DNA of 64,000 bases from NCBI GenBank assembly GCA_965228855.1, contig CBDDIJ010000005.1, positions 736,001-800,000 of the forward strand, read 5' to 3'. Position 1 is the first letter of the stretch, and each line of letters begins with the position of its first letter. The notes under the pieces are model-generated. The model ran no database searches. It was given only the letters and a program-made list of their open reading frames with translations, and was not told where the DNA came from. This document shows positions 28,884-39,822 of this stretch, in pieces. Both the position numbers and the translations under genes were made by a program. Source of the DNA: Candidatus Obscuribacterales bacterium. Lineage in GTDB: Bacteria > Cyanobacteriota > Vampirovibrionia > Obscuribacterales > Obscuribacteraceae.

Positions 28884-30080
28884 TTAAACAACTGCTGCCA
28901 GTGCAGTTGGTTTGCCGCTGGGCTGACCGTTTGCGTAACGGATGCCGAGTGCGTCCTGAGCGATGATCATACGTTGAACTTCACGAGTTCCTTCGTAGAT
29001 GTTCAATACTTTCGCATCGCGGAAGTAGCGCTCAACCGGGTATTCATCAGAGTATCCGTAGCCGCCGAAGATTTGAACGGCATTGTGACCGGCTTTGTTA
29101 GCAGCTTCGCCGCAGAACAGTTTTGCCAGGGAAGTCTCGAGCGTGTTTCTGACGCCTTTGTTCTTCAAGTGACCGGCTCTGAGGTAGAGCAAACGACCTG
29201 CTTCACAGTCAGCGACCATGTCGGCGATCATAGCTTGTACTTGTTGGTGCTCGCCAATCGGTTTGCCGAAGGTCTTTCTGACCATCGAGTACTCGGTGCA
29301 AGCATCGATACAACCTTGAACCAAACCGACAGCGCCGGCAGCTACTGAGTATCTTCCATTATCGAGAGCCGACATAGCGACCTTGAAGCCGTTGCCGAGT
29401 CCACCGAGGATGTTCTCTTCGGGAACACGAACTTCATCGAGGAAGAGGCTGGCGGTATCAGAAGCGCGCAGACCAAGTTTGCCTTTGATGGCGGCGGCGG
29501 TGAAGCCTTTGGACTTAGTGTCTACGATGAAGCAGGTGATGCCTTTGTGACCAAGTTTGGGATCAACGGTAGCAAACACGAGCGCATGGCTTGCGATCGT
29601 TCCGCACGAGATCCACGTTTTCTGACCGGAGAGGATGTAGTCGCTTCCGTCTTTTACAGCGCGGGTCTGTTGATTAGCAGCATCTGAGCCCGCTTCAGGC
29701 TCGGTCAAGCCGTAGCAACCGATGAATTCGCCGTTGCAGAGTTTAGGGAGAAGAGCTTGCTTTTGCTCTTCGGTTCCCCATCTCAGAATAGTGAGGGCGA
29801 CGAGAGATGTTTGAACCGAGAACAGTGTGCGAGTCGATGAGCAGACGCGGTTTACTTCTTCAGTCATCAAACCGTATGCGATGTAATCCTGACCCAGTCC
29901 GCCGTATTGCTCGGGAATCGGGCAACCGAGGAAACCTTCAGCGAAAATCTTTTTGGCGATGTCCCAGTCGAATTTGCATTCGCGGTCGTTCATCTGTGCT
30001 TTCGGAGCGATCTCGCGCTCTGCGAACTCTCTCATGTGCTTGCGGATTGCATTTTGCTCCGGCGTGAATTCGAAATCCAT
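28884..30080 (-). CDS. Acyl-CoA dehydrogenase
   Basis: GCYGLTEPEAGSDA, GQKTWIS, KLGLRASDT, RKTFGKPI, QIFGGYGY, IYEGT. Confidence 0.95.
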   Translation of the reverse strand: MDFEFTPEQNAIRKHMREFAEREIAPKAQMNDRECKFDWDIAKKIFAEGFLGCPIPEQYGGLGQDYIAYGLMTEEVNRVCSSTRTLFSVQTSLVALTILRWGTEEQKQALLPKLCNGEFIGCYGLTEPEAGSDAANQQTRAVKDGSDYILSGQKTWISCGTIASHALVFATVDPKLGHKGITCFIVDTKSKGFTAAAIKGKLGLRASDTASLFLDEVRVPEENILGGLGNGFKVAMSALDNGRYSVAAGAVGLVQGCIDACTEYSMVRKTFGKPIGEHQQVQAMIADMVADCEAGRLLYLRAGHLKNKGVRNTLETSLAKLFCGEAANKAGHNAVQIFGGYGYSDEYPVERYFRDAKVLNIYEGTREVQRMIIAQDALGIRYANGQPSGKPTALAAVV

Positions 30081-30124
30081 TGTGGTTTAAATCCTCTTAC
30101 GTTAAACTGCCTGACGATTAACAT

Positions 30125-30151
30125 GACACCGGATGCGGTGCATCCGGTGTC
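30125..30151. repeat. Perfect 12-bp inverted repeat (intercistronic stem-loop)
   Basis: GACACCGGATGC-GGT-GCATCCGGTGTC; no U-tract in the direction of transcription. Confidence 0.75.
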
Positions 30152-30159
30152 TCACAAAA

Positions 30160-31677
30160 CTATTGATTGCCTTCGTAGTTATCGATTTGCGCTCTTTGCA
30201 GAGAGCCCGAGTAATCTACGTAGACAGATTTCCATTCGGTGAACTGGTCGATTGCGGTCGTGCCAGCCTCGCGGTGTCCGTTACCGGTTTGCTTAACGCC
30301 GCCGAAAGGAAGCTGAATTTCAGCACCGATGGTCGGAGCGTTGATATAGACGATACCGGATTCGAGTTCTTCAATGGCTTGGAAAGCGCGGTTAACGTCT
30401 TTCGTATACATCGAGAGCGACAAACCATATTCGGTGCCGTTTGCAACTTCAATGGCTTCGTCGAAGTCGGCAACCGGAATGATCGCGGTAACTGGTCCGA
30501 AGATTTCTTCTTGAGCGATACGCATCGACGCTTTGACATCGCCGAAGATAGTGGGCTCGTGGAAACAACCTTTTGCCAGCTCGCCTTCCGTCAAGATGTT
30601 GCCGCCAAACAAAAGTTTGGCGCCTTCGTTTTTACCGATCTCAACGTACTCGTGAACGCTTTCCAATTGGCTCTTCGAGACGACTGGACCGACATCGATT
30701 TTCGGGTCGAGACCATCGCCAATCTTGAGAGCTTTAGCGCGCTCAACGAATTTCTTGGAGAATTCCTCGTAGACCTTTTTGTGAACGATGATTCTCGAGG
30801 TAGCGGTGCAACGCTGACCCGCAGTACCGAAGGAGCCCCAGAGAGCGCCATCGACAGCCAGGTCGATATCAGCATCTTCCATCACGCAGATCGCGTTCTT
30901 TCCACCCAGTTCGCAGGTGATGCGCTTCATCAGTTCGCCGCAACGTCCAGCGATCTTGCGACCGGTGAAAGAAGAACCGGTAACCGAGATGCAGCCTACA
31001 CGCGGATCTTCGACGAGCGGCATGCCGACTTCGCTGCCGCTTCCGGTAACGAGGTTGACGACGCCAGGAGGAAGACCGGCTTCGTTGAGGATCTCAACAA
31101 ATTGAGTAGCCACCAGCGGTGTGTCCGAAGCGGGCTTGAAAACGATGGTGTTACCTGCAACGAGAGCGGGAAGCATTTTCCAGCTCGGAATCGCCACAGG
31201 AAAGTTCCAAGGCGTGATTACGCCAACGACGCCGATCGGAACTCGGATTGCCATGGCGAATTTGTTGCGGAGTTCGGACGGTACTGTCATACCAAGCAAA
31301 CGGCGACCTTCACCGGCTGCGTACTTTGCCATGTCGATCGCTTCTTGCACATCGCCACGAGCTTCTTTGATGACCTTGCCCATCTCGCGAACCATATTGC
31401 GAGCGAGCTCTTCTTTTCTCGATTCAAGAATGTGTGCAGCCTTCAAAATGATTTCAGCGCGTTCCGGAGCGGGTGTTTTCTTCCATGATGGAAACGCTCT
31501 GTGCGCCGCTTCGACAGCAGCTTTCAAATCTTTCTCGCTGGATTGCGGGAAGTAGCCGACAACCTCTTCGGTGTTAGCCGGGTTGTAGGATGCGAAGGTT
31601 CTGCCGGTTTCCGACTTAACCCATTTGCCGTCGATGTAATTGTGATACGTGGTGGCCTTTTCAATAGTTTTGGTCAT
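30160..31677 (-). CDS. NAD(P)-dependent aldehyde dehydrogenase
   Basis: ITPWNFP, KPAS, TGS, ELGGKN, GQRCT (catalytic Cys), EEIFGP, PFGGVK.TG. Confidence 0.96.
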   Translation of the reverse strand: MTKTIEKATTYHNYIDGKWVKSETGRTFASYNPANTEEVVGYFPQSSEKDLKAAVEAAHRAFPSWKKTPAPERAEIILKAAHILESRKEELARNMVREMGKVIKEARGDVQEAIDMAKYAAGEGRRLLGMTVPSELRNKFAMAIRVPIGVVGVITPWNFPVAIPSWKMLPALVAGNTIVFKPASDTPLVATQFVEILNEAGLPPGVVNLVTGSGSEVGMPLVEDPRVGCISVTGSSFTGRKIAGRCGELMKRITCELGGKNAICVMEDADIDLAVDGALWGSFGTAGQRCTATSRIIVHKKVYEEFSKKFVERAKALKIGDGLDPKIDVGPVVSKSQLESVHEYVEIGKNEGAKLLFGGNILTEGELAKGCFHEPTIFGDVKASMRIAQEEIFGPVTAIIPVADFDEAIEVANGTEYGLSLSMYTKDVNRAFQAIEELESGIVYINAPTIGAEIQLPFGGVKQTGNGHREAGTTAIDQFTEWKSVYVDYSGSLQRAQIDNYEGNQ

Positions 31678-31716
31678 GCTTAATACTCCACTGCACTCTG
31701 TGCATAAGTCGCTGAA

Positions 31717-33018
31717 TTATTTTTCGGATACTGCGTTTTCGATGATCTTCAAAGCTTCGTCGATTTCGTTGTCGGAAGCATTCAATGGCGGAATCAATCT
31801 GATCACGTGACCTTTGTAGCCACAAGTCAGAACCAGAAGTTTGTTCTCGAAGCAACGTTTTGCTACCTTCTCAGACCAGTCTTTGCCGGGATGACCGTGC
31901 TCGTCATTGAACTCGATTCCGATCATCATGCCGCGACCGCGAACATCGCCAATTTGTTTGTGAGTTTCGGCGAGCTTCTTGAGACGGTTCATGATATCCG
32001 TTCCAGCCTTGTGCGCTCTGTCGCAAAGCTTCTCTTCTTCGATAACTTTGATGCTGGCAAGTGCTGCTGCACAGGATACCGGGTTGCCACCAAATGTAGT
32101 GCCGTGTCTTCCGGCATCCCATTTCGAGGTGTATTCCTTGCGCGATGCGAAACCGGACAACGGCATGCCGGCTGCGATTCCCTTAGCCATCGTGAGAATA
32201 TCGGGAACGATACCTTCCCACTCGGTGGCGAACATTTTGCCGGTGCGACCGAAACCGGTTTGCACTTCGTCCATGATAAGCATGATGCCGTGCTCATCGC
32301 AGATTTTTCTCAGAGCTTTGAAGAATCCTTCCGGCGGAACGACATATCCACCTTCACCCAGAATCGGCTCAACGATGAATGCCGCAACTTGCTTGGGATT
32401 GACGATCTGAAGGAACAGCATCTCAATCTCATGAAGGCAATTTTCGAGAACTTTTTTGGGATCGTTCGGGAAATCCGAACGGAAAACGTAAGGGAAAGGC
32501 ACCGTGAAGATAGCCGGTTGAAGAGGTTCATACATGTCACGGTAGCTGAGCTTCGATGTGGTGAGCGACATGCAGAGGTGCGTACGACCGTGGAAACCGC
32601 CACGGAAAGTCACGACTGCTGGACGTCCGGTCACGTAGCGAGCCAGTTTAACCGCCCCTTCGACGCACTCAGCGCCAGAGTTTGCGAGGAAAACAGAGTT
32701 GAGATCTCCGGGCATGAGCGATGCAATCTTCTGGCAGAGCTCGATGTAGCCGGTATGGTGTGTGCAAACGGAAGTATGCATCAATTTGCCGACTTGCTCT
32801 CTGACTGCCTCTACAACTTTCGGGTGGCAGTGACCGATGTTGTTGACGGCGATGCCGGTCGTGAAATCGAGGTACTTATCGCCGTTTACGTCGTAAAGAT
32901 AAGAGCCTTCGCCACGTTCAGCCACAATGGGTGCCTGTCTTGCGAGTACAGGATTGACGAACTTGTGGTCCAATTCGATCAATTCTTTGTTCTTGTCTTG
33001 CGTCTTCGCCGTTACCAT
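31717..33018 (-). CDS. Class III PLP aminotransferase (4-aminobutyrate/5-aminovalerate aminotransferase-like)
   Basis: SGAE, FHGRT, EPILGEGG, DEVQTGFGRTG, AKG (PLP Lys), TFGGNP. Start MVTAK after GAGGA. Confidence 0.92.
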   Translation of the reverse strand: MVTAKTQDKNKELIELDHKFVNPVLARQAPIVAERGEGSYLYDVNGDKYLDFTTGIAVNNIGHCHPKVVEAVREQVGKLMHTSVCTHHTGYIELCQKIASLMPGDLNSVFLANSGAECVEGAVKLARYVTGRPAVVTFRGGFHGRTHLCMSLTTSKLSYRDMYEPLQPAIFTVPFPYVFRSDFPNDPKKVLENCLHEIEMLFLQIVNPKQVAAFIVEPILGEGGYVVPPEGFFKALRKICDEHGIMLIMDEVQTGFGRTGKMFATEWEGIVPDILTMAKGIAAGMPLSGFASRKEYTSKWDAGRHGTTFGGNPVSCAAALASIKVIEEEKLCDRAHKAGTDIMNRLKKLAETHKQIGDVRGRGMMIGIEFNDEHGHPGKDWSEKVAKRCFENKLLVLTCGYKGHVIRLIPPLNASDNEIDEALKIIENAVSEK

Positions 33019-33339
33019 ATTCGATTCCTCTTCTATGTCACCGGATGCCTGTGACCATTGGCAAGCCGCACTCCGTACCGCCCCGCACGATTGACCCGCG
33101 CTCCAAGAAGGGCTGGAGTTCAGCAAATGACGCAATGATATCAAGTAAATATATATAAACTCAGGACCTTTAGTATTCTCGCCGCAATTGGTCCCAAAAC
33201 TTCGCCATAAATCGCAACTCTTCCGGATATTGATACCTTTGACAACGCCCCACTTGCCAACACTCGAGAAACTGTTGGATTTACCGAATCTTTTCAAGCT
33301 CAGCCGCGAAAATTTCAGGAGTCTATAGGGAGAGAGCTC

Positions 33340-34656
33340 ATGCGTTTTTACGGCTTTCCGGTTGCTGCGGCAGCTACTTTTTTCATGGTCTTCAACAGTC
33401 AGCACGGGGCGCTGGCCGATGACTCAAATTTCTCAAGTGCCCAAAGCGTCAGATCAGAAGTAAGCGACTCCAAGAACGAGGCACCACCTCTAATCGAGCA
33501 GTTTTTGCTCAACGGAAACATAAAGGAAGGAAAACAAGCTGTTGTCGAAGCATTGGGTTCACATCCTCAAGATGATCAATTGCGATTTTCGTTAGGAGTA
33601 GTTCAAGTAATACGAACGATGGAGCAGTTTTCACAAGACATCTGCTTCTACGGATTACGCCAAACCTCCAAAGAGGGTCTTGAAACTCCATTCATCACGA
33701 TCGCCGTTCCACCTAATCGGAAAGCGAACTCGATCTCGCATCAAAAGTTTCAACAAGTCATTCAACGTGTGGTCAGCGGGTTTGAGGATGCTGACAAAAC
33801 ACTGTCTCAAATTACAGACGAGAACGTGCATCTTCGACTTCACGTAGGACTGGTTAAACTCGATCTCGATGGAGATGGTCATTGCGGCGAAAGAGAAATG
33901 CTCTGGAGAATCTATCAGGAATTTCATCACAACCCTGGCATAGTCAGTTCAAACGCTAACAGATTTGTAATCAACTTCGATCGAGGAGACGTGCACTGGC
34001 TGCGAGGCTACCTCAATCTGCTAACGAGTTTTCTCGATATGTATCTAGCGTATGACACGCGGGAAACTTTCTACTTTGTCGCGCCGGCGCTGTTTGAAAA
34101 GGTCGACGATTTACCAACTTATTTCACAGACCATAAGACGGTTTATCCGATCGACAGTACTATCTTTGATGCAGCGGACGTGATAGCAGGATTGCATAGT
34201 GTTCACTGGAACGTGGAAGACCGCACGAACCTGGAGAAAGCGCTCATCAAGCTAGATACAGTCATTTCAGAAAGTCGTACCTCGCGGAAGTTCATTTTGG
34301 AAGAAACAGACGACGATTGCGAGTGGCTTCCAAATCCCGGACAGAAAGCGGCTATTCCCGGTATGGCAGTTGACGATGACATGGTACGGACGTGGTCAGC
34401 GCTCATGGACGAACTCGAAAGAATCATTCACGGTGAGCTATTGGTGCCGTTTTGGAGAGGCAAGAACACGGGTTTAGGTATAAACATACGCCGTCTGTTC
34501 TTGGAGCCAACTTCCTTCGATCCGATCTTATGGGTACAAGGACGTGCGATGACACCATACTTGGAGAAGGGACGTCTAGCAAAATCGGATATTTGGAAAA
34601 GAATGGAACGCGTTTTTGGGGACCAAGCGATTGATTTCGCGGTCTGGTTTAACTGA
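33340..34656 (+). CDS. Exported hypothetical protein (paralogue of 34760..36184)
   Basis: Signal-like N-terminus; shares FDRGDVHWLRGY, ETDDDCEWLPNP, GELLVPFWRG, PYLEKG and terminal WFN with the next gene. Confidence 0.8.
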   Translation: MRFYGFPVAAAATFFMVFNSQHGALADDSNFSSAQSVRSEVSDSKNEAPPLIEQFLLNGNIKEGKQAVVEALGSHPQDDQLRFSLGVVQVIRTMEQFSQDICFYGLRQTSKEGLETPFITIAVPPNRKANSISHQKFQQVIQRVVSGFEDADKTLSQITDENVHLRLHVGLVKLDLDGDGHCGEREMLWRIYQEFHHNPGIVSSNANRFVINFDRGDVHWLRGYLNLLTSFLDMYLAYDTRETFYFVAPALFEKVDDLPTYFTDHKTVYPIDSTIFDAADVIAGLHSVHWNVEDRTNLEKALIKLDTVISESRTSRKFILEETDDDCEWLPNPGQKAAIPGMAVDDDMVRTWSALMDELERIIHGELLVPFWRGKNTGLGINIRRLFLEPTSFDPILWVQGRAMTPYLEKGRLAKSDIWKRMERVFGDQAIDFAVWFN

Positions 34657-34759
34657 GTTGTTTACTGCTCAATTTTCAACAATACGCAAAGTGTTGAATC
34701 AAACCGCTGTGATGACTCCGGTGGCGAGAAAATTCAATCATCCCAATCGGAAGGCAAAC

Positions 34760-36184
34760 ATGCGTCCACGAAAATCAATTATTGCGGCAGTCGCAGCGGC
34801 TCTTATCGGCAGCACGAACTCCGCCCCAGCGGCGACACCGGCGAGGCAGTCCAATGCAAATCCGGCCGTGAAAGTTACTACAAAACAGCGCGGTAAATCA
34901 GGCAAAAATAAGGTTACGAAAACCATGAATACAGCAAAGAAATCAACATCTATTGATTCCGAATCGAAAAAGAAATCGACAACTAAAACTCCAAAGCAAG
35001 AGAAGAACAAAGCGCCACTTGTTGAGAGCTACTTAATCGAAGGTAAACTTGAAGACGGGAAATTAGCCGTAATTGAGGCTTTGAGCCAGAACCCAAAGGA
35101 TGACAGCTTGCGATTTTCCCTAGGCGTCACACAATTTATTCAAACCATTGAACGCTTCGCGCAGGACTTTTCCTACTATGGGTTGCGCGGCACATCAGAA
35201 GAGGGCATTCAAGCGCCATTCCTACGCATTCGGTTGAAACCAAACCAAACGTCGCATCCAATCTCATATCAGGATTTCCGTCAAATATTCGAGCGTGTAC
35301 AAACTGGTTTTGCACAAGCAGACGAAACACTTGCGCAGATTACGGATGAGAAAGTGCAACTGCGATTGCGATGGGGTTTAATTCGACTTGATCTAAACAG
35401 TGACGGAGACCCATCCGATGAAGAGATGCTCTGGCGAATCTATCAAAGAATCACACGCAACGACGAATTCGGACAAGAGGACGCCGAAAATTTTTCGATA
35501 AAGTTCGATCGCGGAGATGTACACTGGTTGCGCGGTTACTGCAATCTGATCGGTTCATTATGTCAGATGTTTTTAGCTTACGATTCGCAGCAATGGTTCG
35601 AGAGTTCCGGTCATATTGTTTTTGCCAAAGTTGTTAGTCCGTATGGCTTCCTGACGCACGGTCAGAGTGTGCGAAAACTTGGCGGTGAACAGATTGACGT
35701 CACGGATTTGATCGCAGGCATTCATAACATTCACTGGGAAGTCCAAGAGCCAGAGCGCCTCAAAGCGGCTCTTCTAAATTTGGAGAATGTGGTCGAGCAG
35801 AGCAAAATCTCGTGGAACTTCATCATGGCAGAAACGGACGATGACTGCGAATGGCTTCCGAACCCGAGACAGACAGGGGTAATTCCAAACGTCCGTGTCA
35901 CAGAAGATATGGTAAAAACCTGGGGAGACATGATGAACCAATCAGGGAAGGTTATCAGAGGCGAGCTTCTAGTGCCATTCTGGAGAGGTGAGCGTGGCGA
36001 GTACGGCGTGAACTTGCGCAGAGTATTTCTTGAGCCCCGAACATTCGACCTGGTTACCTGGGTACAGGGAACCGCAGCCCAACCCTATCTTGAGAAAGGA
36101 CATCTAGCCAAAGGTGACACCTGGAAAAATGTACGCGAGGTGTTCGGCAACCGGTATATCGGCTTTGCAGCCTGGTTCAATTAA
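34760..36184 (+). CDS. Exported hypothetical protein (paralogue of 33340..34656) with Lys/Thr/Ser-rich linker
   Basis: MRPRKSIIAAVAAALIG signal peptide, basic linker, same conserved blocks as the upstream gene. Confidence 0.8.
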   Translation: MRPRKSIIAAVAAALIGSTNSAPAATPARQSNANPAVKVTTKQRGKSGKNKVTKTMNTAKKSTSIDSESKKKSTTKTPKQEKNKAPLVESYLIEGKLEDGKLAVIEALSQNPKDDSLRFSLGVTQFIQTIERFAQDFSYYGLRGTSEEGIQAPFLRIRLKPNQTSHPISYQDFRQIFERVQTGFAQADETLAQITDEKVQLRLRWGLIRLDLNSDGDPSDEEMLWRIYQRITRNDEFGQEDAENFSIKFDRGDVHWLRGYCNLIGSLCQMFLAYDSQQWFESSGHIVFAKVVSPYGFLTHGQSVRKLGGEQIDVTDLIAGIHNIHWEVQEPERLKAALLNLENVVEQSKISWNFIMAETDDDCEWLPNPRQTGVIPNVRVTEDMVKTWGDMMNQSGKVIRGELLVPFWRGERGEYGVNLRRVFLEPRTFDLVTWVQGTAAQPYLEKGHLAKGDTWKNVREVFGNRYIGFAAWFN

Positions 36185-36534
36185 GAAGCAGCGCGGATAT
36201 GCTTCCCTTTTTTGCGTCTTAGGACCACTTCTACTATTTCTAGACTCGAAAACTGATCAACCGCGACTGAGCGCTCTCGTAATCAAAGAAAATTCAAGAC
36301 TTTCGGCTCCGTAGTAGTGCAAAACCATGACTTTCTCCAAAAGTCAGTGAGAAGATTCAGCATCGACATTCGGCAACTCTTAGTATGCGCTGTTTTCGGG
36401 ACGCCTTCGAGAAAATCTATTCAGAGTAGAAGCGACCCTAAGAGCTTCTCGGCGACACACAGAAGGTGTGAGATCTAGCAGCAACCGCTAGCGTCTAGCT
36501 GCAAGACTGCGGCATGATTCGCACCGAATCCAGA

Positions 36535-37263
36535 TTACAAAAAGCCTTTGAATTCAAATCCAAACTTCACATGATCGGACAAAAGTTCCGGAGGTAATAT
36601 TGAGACCTCGCAGGAAGCACTTGGATAGCTGTCTAGAAACTTGATGAGGTCGCGCTCACTCTGATCAAATTTCACATCATCGACATCAAAAGTGCCGATG
36701 AATTCTCCGCGCGATATAAATGAGAGTAAATGGCGGATTCCATGACTGAATGCGAGCGTACCAGTGCCACCATTTTCGCGAAACCAATCTTGAATATACC
36801 GACGATACTGGTCCGAACTGTAATCGTCATAGCGCTCGACCGGAAAACCAAGAAATAGAGCAGCAAATGAAAGGACGATTTCTTCTTTGAGCGGATACCG
36901 CATGACGCAGGTCGACTCATTTTTATAGTCCCGGCATATAGCAATAAAGGAATCTTCAGTCGGTTTTGCCGTCGAATCAGCTTTGGCATTATGCACAGCC
37001 CCAACCAGTCTTCCTTGAAAAAACAAAGCCGCACCGCGGCTTAGGAGGCGGTTGTTTGAAAACTTCATGCATCCGGTGAATTTGGAGTCAACAGTTTTAG
37101 CCGCTAATTGCTGCAGATCTGTTTCATCTGCGCGAACAAATTCGACGACAGATTTTTCGGCGGGGATAAAAATATCAAATGCGCGCCGAACATGAAAGGG
37201 TGGCTCGATTATGTTCAATGGCAAGTAACCGAACTCTCGCTCGAATGATTCGTAGTTTGTCAT
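36535..37263 (-). CDS. Hypothetical protein
   Basis: 242-aa ORF directly downstream of lon. Confidence 0.65.
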   Translation of the reverse strand: MTNYESFEREFGYLPLNIIEPPFHVRRAFDIFIPAEKSVVEFVRADETDLQQLAAKTVDSKFTGCMKFSNNRLLSRGAALFFQGRLVGAVHNAKADSTAKPTEDSFIAICRDYKNESTCVMRYPLKEEIVLSFAALFLGFPVERYDDYSSDQYRRYIQDWFRENGGTGTLAFSHGIRHLLSFISRGEFIGTFDVDDVKFDQSERDLIKFLDSYPSASCEVSILPPELLSDHVKFGFEFKGFL

Positions 37264-37296
37264 CAGCTATTCCGGTAGAGCAAGGCATTCGAGCAG

Positions 37297-39768
37297 TTAT
37301 CGTCCGATGTGACCGCGAGCGCTCTGGCGAGCCGCTGTGCGTCTAAGAGGTCGAGTTTTTGCGTCTTTTTTCTTATCGCCCTTTTTAGATTCGCTTTTCT
37401 TCGCATCGACTTTTTTGGCCTCAACCTTCTTGGTCTCGCCCTCAAAAACAATCGGGAATACTTCATCGAGATGGCTGACTGCAATCAGATCCAGCTTTTC
37501 TTTGACGTATTCGGGGATATCCTGCAAGTCTTTTTCGTTGCTCTTCGGGAAGACAACGGTCTTCACGCCGGCGCGGAGCGCAGCAAGAACTTTCTCTTTC
37601 AAACCGCCGATAGCCAGCACTCTGCCACGCAGCGTTATTTCTCCGGTCATTGCGACTGTACCGCGCACCGGTCGCTTCGATATCGCAGAGATAAGGGCGG
37701 TGCATAGCGCAATACCTGCAGATGGACCGTCCTTTGGAATGGCGCCTTCCGGGATGTGAACGTGAACATCGCGATCGTCCAGGAAAGTCGGCGAGATGTT
37801 CAAGGCTTCGGCGTGAGACCTGATGTAGCTGAAAGCGGCTTGAGCAGACTCCTTCATGACGTCACCCAATTGACCGGTCAACTGCAGATTGCCTTTGCCC
37901 TTCATGGTATTAACTTCAACTTGCAATGTTTCACCGCCGGTTTCAGTCCAGGCCAAGCCCGTTACCAAACCGACTTGAGGTCCGCGCGTTTCATTTTCAC
38001 GAATAATTTTGGCGGGACCAAGAAACTCATACACCATTTGTGGTGTCACCTTCACGGCATTCGACTCACCACCTACGATGCGGGTTGCCACCTTGCGGCA
38101 AATTTGAGCGATCGCACGTTCAAGGTTTCGCACACCGGCTTCTCTTGTATATTCTTGAATAATGCGGCGCAGCGCTTGAGATTGAAACTTAAGCTGCTTC
38201 TGAGAGAGACCATGCTTTTTAAGTGTCTTGGGAAGAATGTGAATTTCGGCAATCGCTACTTTCTCTTCTTCCGTGTAGCCGGATAGCTGAATTACCTCGA
38301 GCCGATCGTGGAGCGGACGAGGAATGTAATCGAGAGCGTTCGCCGTACCTATGAATACCACCTCGCTCAAGGAGAAGGGGGCGTCGAGGTAGTGGTCCGA
38401 GAAGTTCTCGTTCTGATCGGGATCCAGGACCTCCAGCATTGCGGCGGTCGGGTCACCCATGTAGTTACGCGTCATCTTTTCGATCTCATCGAGCAAGATG
38501 ACCGGGTTTTTTGTACCGGCTTGTTTCAACGCTTGAATAATTCGTCCCGGCATTGCGCCGATGTAAGTTCTTCTGTGCCCGCGAATTTCCGCTTCGTCGT
38601 TGACGCCGCCCAGACTTATGCGCGCGAATTTGCGGTTCATTGCAGCTGCAATGGAACGCGCCAAGCTGGTTTTTCCGACACCAGGCGGACCGCAAAGACA
38701 GAGGATGGTGCCTTGCGACTCCTTGGAAAGTTTTCGCACGGCAAGATACTCGAGAATGCGCTCCTTTACTTTCTCCAGCCCATAATGGTCTTGCTCGAGG
38801 ATCTCATCGGCACGCTCGAGATCGATAATCTCCTTCGAACGCTTCGACCAGGGCAAGCTCACCATGGTGTCTAAATACGATCGAATCACCGCAGCCTCAG
38901 CGCTCTGCGGCATCATCTTCTCAAGACGAGCGAGTTCTTTATTCACTTTCTCAAGGGCAGTGCCTTTGATTTTGCATTTTTTGATCTTGAGCTTATACTC
39001 GGCAATTTCACCAAGCTGCTCACTGTCGGCGTTTAGCTCATCCTGGATAATGCGCATTTTTTCGCGCAAATAATATTCGCGTTGAGTTTTTTCCAGATTG
39101 AATCTGACTTTGTCGTGAATCTGCTGTTCGAGATCGGCCAACTCCAGCTCTCTTGAGAGAAGTGTGCCAATGTACTCAAGCCGTTCAGTCGCATCTTCAA
39201 TTTCCAAACAGTGTTGCCGTTCAGAAACCTCAAGACCAAGATAAGTGGCGATGATATCGGCAAGCCGCCCGGGCTGTCCGATTCCGGAGACAGCCAGCAA
39301 ACTCTCAGGATTGATTTTCTTGGTCGATTTGACGTACTGTTCGAATTTTTCTACAGACACTCGAATCAACGTTTTTGTCGCGGTGTCATCGATCAGAATT
39401 TCAGGGCGCTCAGAAACACGCACCGTCAGTAGTGTCGGTTCCTCTTTAAAATCTTCAAGCTTAACTCGCGACGAACCTTCGACAAGCACTTTGACCGTGC
39501 CGTCCGGAAGTTTCAGCATTTGCATTACTTCGGCAAGAGTACCAACCGAATACATATCGTCTTGCTGTGGCTCTTCGCATTCGGCATCGCGTTGCGCGAC
39601 GAGGACCACAAGTCGATCGTCACGCATCAAAGCTTGTTCGAGACTGGCTATCGATCTGGGTCGGCTGACAAAGAGAGGTGTCACCATTTGAGGAAATACG
39701 ACAACATCCCTTAGCGGAATCAGCGGAAAATTAGTTGTGTCGAAATCGACCACTGTGTCAAATCCCAA
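37297..39768 (-). CDS. lon: ATP-dependent Lon protease
   Basis: PLRDVVVFP N-domain, Walker A GPPGVGKTS, LLDEIEK, PKDGPSAG (catalytic Ser), GGLKEK. Confidence 0.98.
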   Translation of the reverse strand: MGFDTVVDFDTTNFPLIPLRDVVVFPQMVTPLFVSRPRSIASLEQALMRDDRLVVLVAQRDAECEEPQQDDMYSVGTLAEVMQMLKLPDGTVKVLVEGSSRVKLEDFKEEPTLLTVRVSERPEILIDDTATKTLIRVSVEKFEQYVKSTKKINPESLLAVSGIGQPGRLADIIATYLGLEVSERQHCLEIEDATERLEYIGTLLSRELELADLEQQIHDKVRFNLEKTQREYYLREKMRIIQDELNADSEQLGEIAEYKLKIKKCKIKGTALEKVNKELARLEKMMPQSAEAAVIRSYLDTMVSLPWSKRSKEIIDLERADEILEQDHYGLEKVKERILEYLAVRKLSKESQGTILCLCGPPGVGKTSLARSIAAAMNRKFARISLGGVNDEAEIRGHRRTYIGAMPGRIIQALKQAGTKNPVILLDEIEKMTRNYMGDPTAAMLEVLDPDQNENFSDHYLDAPFSLSEVVFIGTANALDYIPRPLHDRLEVIQLSGYTEEEKVAIAEIHILPKTLKKHGLSQKQLKFQSQALRRIIQEYTREAGVRNLERAIAQICRKVATRIVGGESNAVKVTPQMVYEFLGPAKIIRENETRGPQVGLVTGLAWTETGGETLQVEVNTMKGKGNLQLTGQLGDVMKESAQAAFSYIRSHAEALNISPTFLDDRDVHVHIPEGAIPKDGPSAGIALCTALISAISKRPVRGTVAMTGEITLRGRVLAIGGLKEKVLAALRAGVKTVVFPKSNEKDLQDIPEYVKEKLDLIAVSHLDEVFPIVFEGETKKVEAKKVDAKKSESKKGDKKKDAKTRPLRRTAARQSARGHIGR

Positions 39769-39822
39769 TGGTGAGGGGTGATGCGCGTTACGCGCTACAT
39801 TGAAATTTGCCCGGCCCTGAAA

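Noticed and set aside
30133..33054. Long + strand ORFs 30133..31488 and 31807..33054
   Set aside because: Antisense shadows of the well-conserved ALDH and aminotransferase genes, with no recognisable motifs.
4893..36184. N-terminally extended starts in the ORF track (PKS 6170, FAD enzyme 7189, dxr 17245, aminotransferase 33405, 34616, 23306)
   Set aside because: The extensions overlap neighbouring genes or lack homology; downstream starts with an RBS or translational coupling fit better.
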